A stretch of DNA of 64,000 nucleotides from Monocercomonoides exilis PA203. Its lineage: Eukaryota > Protista > Preaxostyla. A model generated the notes under the pieces. That model did no database searches, was not told the origin of the DNA, and was given only the letters and a program-made list of their open reading frames with translations. Position 1 is the stretch's first letter. Each line of letters begins with the position of its first letter. The stretch spans positions 434,001 to 498,000 of the forward strand of contig LSRY02000047.1 of assembly GCA_001643675.2 (NCBI GenBank), written 5' to 3'. A program made the translations under genes and the position numbers. Of this stretch, positions 54,901-64,000 are shown piece by piece.

Positions 54901-55194
54901 TCTCTTCAGATCCCATTTGGAGAATATGAAGCAGAAACAGCTGGGCAGAAGATAAAAGATGGGCAAAGGCCGAACGAGACACTAATAAATGGCACATCTT
55001 TTGAAGCTACAGTAAAGCGCGGATTAAGTCAAAAGGCAGAAGAAAGACCGACTTTGATACAGTTGAAACGTGAGTTTATCCAGCATTTTCCAGCAGGAGC
55101 CACAGTACTGACAATGTCTGATGCAATAGATATAAATGAAAGCAGAACGGCAGAACAGAGTGCCACCATGCAGAACGATGATCATTCTTTTTAA
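42983..55194 (+). CDS. Giant type I membrane protein (~4,070 aa): signal peptide, repeated parallel beta-helix modules, TM helix, degenerate protein-kinase C-lobe; five frameshifts in this copy
   Basis: Six consecutive ORFs (42983, 48478, 49064, 51415, 52920, 54091) are colinear. GG(A/G)(I/L/V) and F..N/C motifs, eight CG-x4-5-(P/S)C motifs, TM WTLIVIVMAVVLLLVLIILVIFIV followed by RWRK, then MRWKAPELL, FSIGMMLWECL..IPFGE, ERPTL. The inverted copy reads through the last three frameshifts. Confidence 0.88.
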
Positions 55195-55409
55195 ATCAAA
55201 AATTAAATTTAATAAGATCTATGTTTATTTTATGTAATTAATGTATTTACAAGTTTTAATAAAATTGCATTTTTTTTGTTCTAAATAATTAATTCTTCTT
55301 CAAAAAAGTGCTTTTTAACAAATTGTTATAATTGTGGCTTCTTTAGCATTTCATATTTTAATAAAAAACTCCAATGCAATCGAAAGTTATGTTGAAAAAT
55401 TAGCAATTC

Positions 55410-58400
55410 ATTAAGAAAGAAAACAGACATTCAAATTCTTCTCTTCATATTGAGAGATGTCACTTAATGGGACATGTCACTTTAAGTGATAAAAAAAAAT
55501 CATACGTGGTGATCGGTCCATCTTCTGCGCTAGCAAAACCAAATTAGGCGCGAAAAGAGAAGAGTTAAAAATATTAAACCATTTAAACGCTTCGAAGAAA
55601 TTAAACATATTGGGGTTGGGAAACAAATGTGGTGGGCAAAAAGAAGAATTTGAATGTCTGTTTTCTTTCTTAATTTAAATGCAGAACATTTAAATTATCA
55701 AGAAAACCTCCATTCAAATTCTTCTCTTCTTATTGAGAGAACAGCTATTTGTTGGAAGTTGATGTTTTGCCATCTTCACATTTTCTTGAAAATCTTAAAT
55801 CATAAATAATAGCTGCTTTCTTGGCTTGTGACCTTGTGAATATCATGCCACTTCATCTTTCGTCTCCCTTTCTTCCTTTCTCTTTTGGGCAGTGCTGTCC
55901 AGTCTTCGCTGGGTTATGGGTTTTTTCATTTCTCGGATGGCATTACATTTTCTTTCCTCTTGTCCTCTTCATTTTAACTTCTTTCATCTGAATCATTTTC
56001 ACAGTCTCCTCCACATAAGCGTCGATTAATTCGCTAATGCTGTCTTCGTCTGAACTTGTCCTCTCATTGATCTGGTCTCTAACTCTATCATCCTCCTCGT
56101 TGCTTGTCTGGCTTCCTTCTTCATCTGATCCGTCACTCTTCTGTTCGTTAATTGGACCAACAATCACTTAAGCCATGGAAGATGCAAGATTTCCCTTGAA
56201 GTTATGTTTAACAAGTGAATTTATCCTTGGAGATAGTCTGGGAAGCAAGGCTATTTGAGACAGTGGAATCCCAGCCATCGTCAGAGCCGACAAGGTCGCC
56301 TCTTTAAGTGAGAAAGGAGGAAATTTCTGTGGGGCTCCGGCTGTCTTCATTGCCTCTCCAGCCAACCTGCGGATTCCCGATGCTGTGAGAGGTTGGAAAG
56401 ATGTGGTGTTGAGCAAAAGTTTTTGGACTTCTGCTTTTGCAGAACAGCTGTACACAGATCACGTATTGATGAAGCTGGGCATATTAATGGCATATCCGGA
56501 AGAAATGGAACTGCAATTTCTGTTCTTGTTTGTGATGTCTTCAATGCTGTATCCAAATAGACACCCTCATCTTCAAACCGAGAGTCCTTTATGCTTATCT
56601 TCTCCAACTCCGTAAACCTGCAAGCAGAGAAGAGCATTGACAACGTTATGACCTTCATTGTTTGTTCCTTAAAAGATAACAAATTGTTGGATCTCAGATC
56701 ACGATAGTATTTTAATAATTTTTTGGGTTCAAAATCTAAGGTGCAAGTTTCTTTTTCGAGTTTTCTGTTCTGCGAAAGGCACGAAACAGAATCCGAATGA
56801 TTGCAATGTTTTCATAAACGGTATTAAAAGCAAGAACAAAGAAAAAGGATACAGCGGCTCTGATCAACTACAACGAAGAAAACAAAACATCTCTATTTTT
56901 CATTGTCAAAAACACATTTGCACATTTGATATTCCACTCCGGTAAATTGTCTGATATATGCCCATGGGCACATTTCTTCCAGTGGTCTGCAAAGTGTGCA
57001 AAGCTGAATAAATACCCATCCCATGTTGTCTTAGCAATGCTAGCCTTGCACTCGTTCGCGAGCTCCACGGAAACTCCTCTTTCATGCGATGAAGGCATCC
57101 ACCATGAATTGCCTCTTTATTTGATGGATTGAGCAGGATTACTTTCATCTTCCCTGGAGGAAGACAGGCTCCCATCTTCTTCATCCATGGCCCCTCACGA
57201 AGAATGTTGGAGCTGTAATTCAATTCCAAGCTGTGGCAGTTGATCGTTCGAAGGAGGACATCCCAATTCTGACCCTTCCAGCTCGGCAGAAGTATAATCG
57301 CTCGAGCTTTCTCCATCTGAGCCTTTCGTATTACCATCGGAATCAGAGGAATCGGAGGATGTGCAAGAACATTATCAAATCTCCACAAAACTGTCAAACC
57401 ATTTTTTGCAGGTGGACTGCCCACACCACACCATCTTTCCACTTTGTGATTGCGCCAAAGCAAAAGCATCGAGAATCGGTCTCACTTACAAAAGAGAAAA
57501 AACCTTTTTGAAAACTTCATCCTTTATTTCGTTGTTGCCTGCCATTTCCAATCGAGACAGCGCATCTGCTCTGTGGTTCTTTCTTCCTGGAAGATGTTGT
57601 GCTCATATTATCAGATTCCTCTCCTCTGTCCATTTCCATTCTTGAATTTAACAGGACGAAGATTCTTCCCATCGTTCCAACGATTCACGTTGTAGACTAC
57701 TGAGCTGTTGTACGACCGAAGCAATAAACGAGTTATTTTGTTGTCCTGGAAAGTCTGGGCAAAATGGTGCAAAGCTAGCAAAACCGCTATCAGTTCCCTA
57801 TTATTGGACGACTGGTTGTGGACATATTTGGGAAAACTGTCATGCCAATCCAAAAGATTGTTGTTGATTCTGAATGTCGCACCCCATGCTTGTTCCGCTG
57901 CATCTGTAGTCAGAACAGCTTGAAGAATGAAAACCAAAGCTAATTCCCGATTCTTGGTCTGCCTCAATGTCCTCCTCCATTCTCTGATCTCGTTGAAGAC
58001 TGATGCATTCATCCTCATCATACCGTTCCATCCGACTGTTCTAACATTATTTTGGAACAAGAAATGCATAGCGACGAGATGAAGGGATGTGTCCGGGATG
58101 ACAAAACGAGCTGCGTTTAGCTTCCCCATCGCTGAAGCTCAGTCTATCACATAAATCTGTTTAGCTCTTATGAATAATTTCTCTCAATGCCTCAGCAGCT
58201 CTTGAAGAGAAGAACGCCTTTTTTCGCTCAATTGAACTGTTTATTTATCTGTGTTCAAAAAACCACCAAGAACACAAACTTCTGTGTTGGTTTCAGCTGA
58301 CATTTCTCTTTGTTGATGAGCAATCCTAAACTTTTTAAAAACAGAATAACTTCTTCCGAAATTTTTTTCAGTAAGCTGCAGTCTTTGTGCAACAGAATAA

Positions 58401-59567
58401 GATCGTCAAAGCAAGAAACTACTCTGACTTCACATCTTGCCTTTATTGCAGCTGTCACTTTCCTCATTATCTTCCAGAAAAAACAAGGTGAATCTGTAAA
58501 GCCAAATTGCATTCCTTCGAAAACAAAGTCTTGTTCTTCGAACCGAAAATGAAGAAACGGCTTCAGGTCTTCGGATACTGGTATTAAGTAATACGCCAGT
58601 GAAAGATCCAATGTTATCGCAAAGTCACTTTTTTTCATCTAACGCTTAACCGTCCGTTCGCTTTCGCATTTGAAATGCGACTTTTTCATTGAAGCATTCA
58701 GATGACGGCAATCCAGGATTTGGCGCCAGGAGCCTGACAACTTCCTGATGAGAGAGATTTTGTTCCGAAAAATGATCTGTAATGGAGGTATTGTGCTGAC
58801 GATGTTTGTCTACAGTTGTTCTTTAAACACGTTTCTGAATACCAATCGCTGTTCCATGCTCATGTGCGTTGCTCCGTCCAACAGTGATTTCTTCCTCAGT
58901 GCTTCCTTTGCTTTTATGTTTGTCCATGTAGCGTGCGCTTCCTGTTTTACAAGGTTTCCTCCTTTGATCTTATCCCATTCCTCCAAAAACTACGCTGTCC
59001 TGCCTCCAATCCTCTCTTGTCTCCACAAATATTTCCTGCCTCCATCGGAATGTCTTGAAGCACCCTTCTTCCAAGTCTCCCCTGCTCTTCTCTGGGAGCT
59101 TCTGAAGCGGTACTGACTTCCTGTCGTCCGGGGCCACCACCGAAAAAACTGCCTTCCGCTGAGACTTCTTGAAAACTCCACTCGATGGGTTGCTCTGTGA
59201 TAATCGTCTGTTTTTCTTGTCAATTTACTGTAAACTGCAGCTCTTTGAATTTGTTTCAATTCCAGTCTTGTCTCCTCCAATATATCCTGTTGCCTCTTCG
59301 TAAGTTATCAACAAGTTGTCTCGGTATCCAAACTGTGAAGGTCGAGAAAAAATTGAGGGAAAAGTGGAGGATGGTGAAATCATATTGAAAGAGGATATTA
59401 TTGGCCCACCACCAAGCACTGCTTGGTCAGTAGAAAGCTCAATTCCAGAAGCTGCATATGGTTGAGGAGTGATGAACATTTTTGATCACTCCTCTAGTAA
59501 CATGTCCCATTAAGTGACATCTCTCAATATGAAGAGAAGAATTTGAATGTCTGTTTTCTTTCTTAAT
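55410..59567 (-). mobile_element. Decayed DIRS-type tyrosine-recombinase retrotransposon (gag fragment, RT, RNase H, methyltransferase-like domain, YR, ICR)
   Basis: RT TLDLSLAYYLI, GMQFGFTDSP, VSCFDDLIL (58255-58750); RNase H LTTDAAEQAWGA, SSNNRELIAV, HLPGRKNHRADALSR (57540-58129); MT-like W....LAHPPIPLI..ILLPSWKGQNW (57100-57500); YR LFSACRFTEL, LKT, CPASS (56168-57098). Inverted termini and an internal complementary region are present. Confidence 0.92.
55642..55740 (-). other. DIRS internal complementary region (ICR)
   Basis: 55642-55674 is the exact reverse complement of 55410-55442 (33 nt); 55711-55740 repeats 55428-55457 (29/30); an 11 bp stem hairpin (55671-55697) lies between them. 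Confidence 0.85.
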
Positions 59568-59782
59568 GAATTGCTAATTTTTCAACATAACTTTCGATTG
59601 CATTGGAGTTTTTTATTAAAATATGAAATGCTAAAGAAGCCACAATTATAACAATTTGTTAAAAAGCACTTTTTTGAAGAAGAATTAATTATTTAGAACA
59701 AAAAAAATGCAATTTTATTAAAACTTGTAAATACATTAATTACATAAAATAAACATAGATCTTATTAAATTTAATTTTTGAT

Positions 59783-62700
59783 TTAAAAAGAATGATCATC
59801 GTTCTGCATGGTGGCACTCTGTTCTGCCGTTCTGCTTTCATTTATATCTATTGCATCAGACATTGTCAGTACTGTGGCTCCTGCTGGAAAATGCTGGATA
59901 AACTCACGTTTCAACTGTATCAAAGTCGGTCTTTCTTCTGCCTTTTGACTTAATCCGCGCTTTACTGTAGCTTCAAAAGATGTGCCATTTATTAGTGTCT
60001 CGTTCGGCCTTTGCCCATCTTTTATCTTCTGCCCAGCTGTTTCTGCTTCATATTCTCCAAATGGGATCTGAAGAGACAAGCACTCCCACAGCATCATCCC
60101 TATCGAGAATGAGACAGATTCTTTTGTCGCTCCCATCTTCTTGTTGATCAACAGTTCTGGCGCCTTCCACCTCATGCACTCCTTTTTGAAATCATTCTCA
60201 TCCTCAAAAGCCGATGAAGGGGGAGGCGAGTCTGTAAATCTCTCACTCATCACTGAAATATCAGATGATGATGTGATGATGGTGGAAGATGAAATGGATG
60301 ATAAGTCTGAATCATCCGAAGAGAAGTCTGAATGCATGACAATGCAAATAACCATGTGTTCGGAGAACAGCACAATGTGCGGACTCAGATCGGCAAGAGA
60401 AGATAATTCATTTTCCATTTCATCAAACGAGTGAAGAGCGAGATTGGCCACCCAGAACAGGATTTGGGCAGCTGTCTGCTCTCTCTCCTGCAGAGTGCCA
60501 ATCGGCATCTCTTTTGTCTTATTCAGCCCATGAAGCAGCATGAACAACGAATCCCTCAGATCTACAATCAGCTTCTCGTGTGGAGACGAGCATGCCATTG
60601 CATCCACCAGATTCGACATGGACGAGGTGGTTGGGCATAGATCCTCCCCTCGAACAAAAGTGGAATCTGAATCAGTTGTTGAAGTGGATGAAATGGAAGG
60701 CGATGGCGTTCTCTTTCTGGACTCTTCCTCTTTCTCATCAACCTTCTCCAGCATCCATTCTGGGATCTTGTCTGAGTCTCTTCCCAGAATGTATTCAGTT
60801 GAACCACTCTCGGAGAGAAGATGCTCTGATGACTCTGAATGTTCCATATTTGTGTCATACACCCTCCTCTTGATCTTCTCTTCATTCTTCTTCTCAGCCT
60901 CCCTTTCGTCCCTTTTCCATTGTTCCTCTGGCGACATCTCCATCGTAACCATCTCGAACGCCTTCGGATCCTTTTTTATATTGTCATTCACAATCTCTTC
61001 CAGTTCTTCTGTCCTGTTTTTGGCCTTCCTCCATCGAACAATGAATATCACAAGTATAATCAGAACAAGCAAAAGAACAACTGCCATAACAATTACAATC
61101 AATGTCCAGGATGATTTTTGCTCATTTTCACTTTTGGAAAGATTCCCATTTTCTATTGGTTGAGATTCACTTCTGTTTTTCAAGATAAACGCATCAGTTT
61201 GCTTTGGAATTTCGCGACTCCCAAAAAGAATTCGAATAGATACTTCTGCTGTCTCAGGAATAAATGGAATTTCCGATATGTCTATTGCGCTGTGCACTTC
61301 TTCTTCTGAAACAAATCCGTCATCACAAAATTGATACGTCGCAATAGAGTCTGTCTCATCAATGGTTGCGATAAGCTGGAAAGATAAGTTGCAAGGAAGA
61401 AGGAGCGTTCCTTTCATTGTAAAACTGATTTCTTCTGCGCTGCGTTCACTTTCCACTTTTTCCAAAGTCGGAATGAAAAACGGAGACAGACGCTCAGATG
61501 GCACTCCTAAAAGTTCGCATCCATCATTAAGAATCCATAGCGAAGAATTAGGAAGAAGCCCATCTCCTCCCTTTAGACTTTCAATATTCAACACCCCATT
61601 TCCAGAGCAAAAAATATTACGGCGAATCGAAGGATATCTAAATATTTGCGGATCGTTATCTTCGAATTTTCCTTCAATTATAGAAACATTTCCTCCAAAA
61701 ATTGCCACTCCACCTTTGATTGAGTTTGCAAAAGTGGAATCCTTGATTTCTGCCGAACAATTTACAATACTCGCAAGCGACGCATTCCAGTAGCATATAT
61801 AGTTTTCATTGTGTTCATTATCATTGGTTTTGTTCCGTTCATATCCACCATCAATCAAACAGGAACCTAAATAAAAGTGTTGACATTTTTCACATTTCAT
61901 GATGCGTCCTCCATCTGGCATTGAACAATTACATATTGTGCTATTCTGTGCATATAATTGAGGAATATCTGAACACGAAATAATACAGCTGTCACTCGAA
62001 GCTGAAGAAACTATATTTTTGAATAATGATGCTGAAAGAGTTACGTTTCCGATCAAAGTATTTTTTTTGTCTTCAGAATTCCTTTGATAAATGTCAATAA
62101 CGCTTGCATCGGAAATGTCAATATCATTTACGCACAATCCTGTTAAAATTGAGTTGTTTTCGGATTTCCCAAGTACGATCATTGATTTTGAACAAGAAAA
62201 ACTATTAATCTCCAAGTGATTGACATGCAACATGCCATTTTCAACCACAATTATATGAGCGCCTAACAATTGCTTATCAGAAGCAATTCTTTGACCCCCA
62301 AAATCACTCGATGCTGGAGCAAGGGCACAATTATCGATATCCAAAAAACCGTTCTCCACAAAAATGAAAGAGAAACAAAAGTTGAGCAAAGAGGAGGATA
62401 GCAGAAATCTTATGTCAGAAACGGAACTTTGCAAATTTGTTGTGATGACATAACTTGATTCGCCTCTGTTTATGAGATTAACCGTCACATCGCAAATATT
62501 CTTTGAAAGAGACATAACACTTATTCCATCGAGTGTAATTTCTGCTTCAAGAGACGATGAGATGTCTATTAGCACTTGAGTTAATAAATCATATGTTACA
62601 TGCTTCAGGCCATAATCGATTGACAAGCAAGGAAAATTTATTTTTCCGCATTGTTTGCTATTCTCTCCACCTGCTTCAAAATTTGACGACACAACAATAC

Positions 62701-64000
62701 GATCGTTCTGGAACATTGTAATAAGTTCCATTAAATCAAAAGGCGTTGAGGCATGGTCTGTCTTGTCTATTCCGTAAATGGCATTTGATCTGTGATACTC
62801 ACTTTCCCGAAGATCCATCCTGAACTGGCTTTCATTGATCTGCGAAGAAAGACTAAAACATTCTATAAAAACGTCTCGTCCAATAAAAGCGGAATTTCCG
62901 CTAAACGTTGAGTTTTGGAAAAGAAAGTTTAGATCCCCAACTCCTCCAAACAAAAGATAAGTCCCTCCTCCTTTCCCGTATTCTTCACTGCAAAAGCTTT
63001 GAATTATTGATGATGACAAAAATGCGAATGACGAATATTCGCCCAGGTTTAAAAACGCCACTCCGCCTCTTTCGCTATCTCTGGACCTGCATTCTCTGAA
63101 CGAACAATTTCTGATCTGAACAATTCCTCCTTCAGATGCGGATTCCATAATACACGAGTCGTTATCGCTTCTGGAAACACCAGCAAAAGACGAATTCCCC
63201 ATAGTTATTACACAGCCAACAGCCTTGTTGATACTTGCCATTGATGAAGAATTAGCCAGACATATACACGCTTCAGTTATGTTCACATTCGATATTGCCA
63301 TTTCGTTAAAAGTGCATTCACTATTGTTTGAAACAGCAAAAATATTCTTTCCAACGTTACACGACGATACAACAAATTGCGACACGCGAAGGAACCCTTG
63401 CTGCATCAGCAGAAACGAACAATGACTTTCGGTTCCGATTGTTGCCTCTGAAGAAAAGCCACTCTGAAAAGCTTCAACAGTCCCGTTTTCATTCACAATC
63501 ACTCCGCCTTTGCTGTTCTCGAAACCCGAAGAAACAGACACAAGCAAATTCTTGATCGTCAAATATCTTGAATTGAGAAGAAATGGATCAGACTCTCCTT
63601 GATCTTTTTTAGAAAAAAGCAACGTGTGATTTTCTGCTTCGGATGTTGATGAATATCCTTCTAAAATAAAACCGCTCACGTCGTGAGCATCTTGGATTGT
63701 GGTTTTCTTGGTGATGAGCAATTGGGGAGATTGGCTTTCTTCAGTTAAATGTTGTATTCCGGCCCAAGCCGTTCTGCATGGCTCGAATTCACTCCCGCAT
63801 CTCCTCACATCAAAGCCTGCATATGCCACATATATTTTCGAGCTTTTGTACTCAACAACAAACATGAAGAGATCTGCGTCTCCAATAATAGGATCGTGCC
63901 CAGCAAAAGCATTTGCGTCATTCATGATTTCGTAATAATCGAATGCAAAAGAAGCCAGCGTCACACTCTCATTTAAATTTTTGCTTTCCAGATAAATGTT
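59783..64000 (-). CDS. Second (inverted) copy of the beta-helix/TM/pseudokinase gene, 3' part, open frame running beyond the window end
   Basis: Uninterrupted 1,393 aa ORF that matches the joined C-terminal ORFs of the plus-strand copy. Confidence 0.9.
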   Translation of the reverse strand, partial: NIYLESKNLNESVTLASFAFDYYEIMNDANAFAGHDPIIGDADLFMFVVEYKSSKIYVAYAGFDVRRCGSEFEPCRTAWAGIQHLTEESQSPQLLITKKTTIQDAHDVSGFILEGYSSTSEAENHTLLFSKKDQGESDPFLLNSRYLTIKNLLVSVSSGFENSKGGVIVNENGTVEAFQSGFSSEATIGTESHCSFLLMQQGFLRVSQFVVSSCNVGKNIFAVSNNSECTFNEMAISNVNITEACICLANSSSMASINKAVGCVITMGNSSFAGVSRSDNDSCIMESASEGGIVQIRNCSFRECRSRDSERGGVAFLNLGEYSSFAFLSSSIIQSFCSEEYGKGGGTYLLFGGVGDLNFLFQNSTFSGNSAFIGRDVFIECFSLSSQINESQFRMDLRESEYHRSNAIYGIDKTDHASTPFDLMELITMFQNDRIVVSSNFEAGGENSKQCGKINFPCLSIDYGLKHVTYDLLTQVLIDISSSLEAEITLDGISVMSLSKNICDVTVNLINRGESSYVITTNLQSSVSDIRFLLSSSLLNFCFSFIFVENGFLDIDNCALAPASSDFGGQRIASDKQLLGAHIIVVENGMLHVNHLEINSFSCSKSMIVLGKSENNSILTGLCVNDIDISDASVIDIYQRNSEDKKNTLIGNVTLSASLFKNIVSSASSDSCIISCSDIPQLYAQNSTICNCSMPDGGRIMKCEKCQHFYLGSCLIDGGYERNKTNDNEHNENYICYWNASLASIVNCSAEIKDSTFANSIKGGVAIFGGNVSIIEGKFEDNDPQIFRYPSIRRNIFCSGNGVLNIESLKGGDGLLPNSSLWILNDGCELLGVPSERLSPFFIPTLEKVESERSAEEISFTMKGTLLLPCNLSFQLIATIDETDSIATYQFCDDGFVSEEEVHSAIDISEIPFIPETAEVSIRILFGSREIPKQTDAFILKNRSESQPIENGNLSKSENEQKSSWTLIVIVMAVVLLLVLIILVIFIVRWRKAKNRTEELEEIVNDNIKKDPKAFEMVTMEMSPEEQWKRDEREAEKKNEEKIKRRVYDTNMEHSESSEHLLSESGSTEYILGRDSDKIPEWMLEKVDEKEEESRKRTPSPSISSTSTTDSDSTFVRGEDLCPTTSSMSNLVDAMACSSPHEKLIVDLRDSLFMLLHGLNKTKEMPIGTLQEREQTAAQILFWVANLALHSFDEMENELSSLADLSPHIVLFSEHMVICIVMHSDFSSDDSDLSSISSSTIITSSSDISVMSERFTDSPPPSSAFEDENDFKKECMRWKAPELLINKKMGATKESVSFSIGMMLWECLSLQIPFGEYEAETAGQKIKDGQRPNETLINGTSFEATVKRGLSQKAEERPTLIQLKREFIQHFPAGATVLTMSDAIDINESRTAEQSATMQNDDHSF

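Larger units (their letters stand above)
50978..64000. repeat. Large inverted duplication: arms 50978-55477 and 59500-64000 (runs off window), 4,022 bp spacer
   Basis: Stop codons 55194/59783 and inner boundaries 55477/59500 share coordinate sum 114977; the only differences seen are three 1-bp homopolymer indels. Confidence 0.97.

Noticed and set aside
43127-63976. Antisense and alternate-frame ORFs over the receptor genes
   Set aside because: Shadows of GC-richer coding sequence with no independent motifs.

Overview
AT-rich eukaryotic DNA using the standard genetic code, with short GT-AG introns. Gene style (Ser/Glu low-complexity giant ORF, CG-x-PC beta-helix surface proteins, DIRS elements) suggests an oxymonad such as Monocercomonoides; this is inference. 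Bases 1-30.7 kb are a transposon graveyard: five pogo/DDE-1 remnants (a sixth lies at 40.7-42.6 kb), two Harbinger-type DDE_Tnp_4 copies, one Tc1 DD34E, one tyrosine-recombinase remnant without RT, five MITE families and two apparently perfect ~0.4 kb inverted duplications. 31-40.3 kb is a spliced gene for a ~2,900+ aa Ser/Glu-rich protein. 43-55.2 kb is a ~4,070 aa surface protein (signal peptide, modular beta-helix ectodomain, one TM helix, degenerate kinase C-lobe), split by five frameshifts, at least three of them single-base homopolymer indels. From 50,978 to the window end the sequence is a large palindrome (arms 50978-55477 and 59500-64000) whose spacer is a decayed DIRS retrotransposon. 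That element's internal complementary region predicts a 5' terminus that is absent, which points to fold-back at the DIRS end as the origin of the palindrome, either biological or a library/assembly artefact. All alignments were done by eye.
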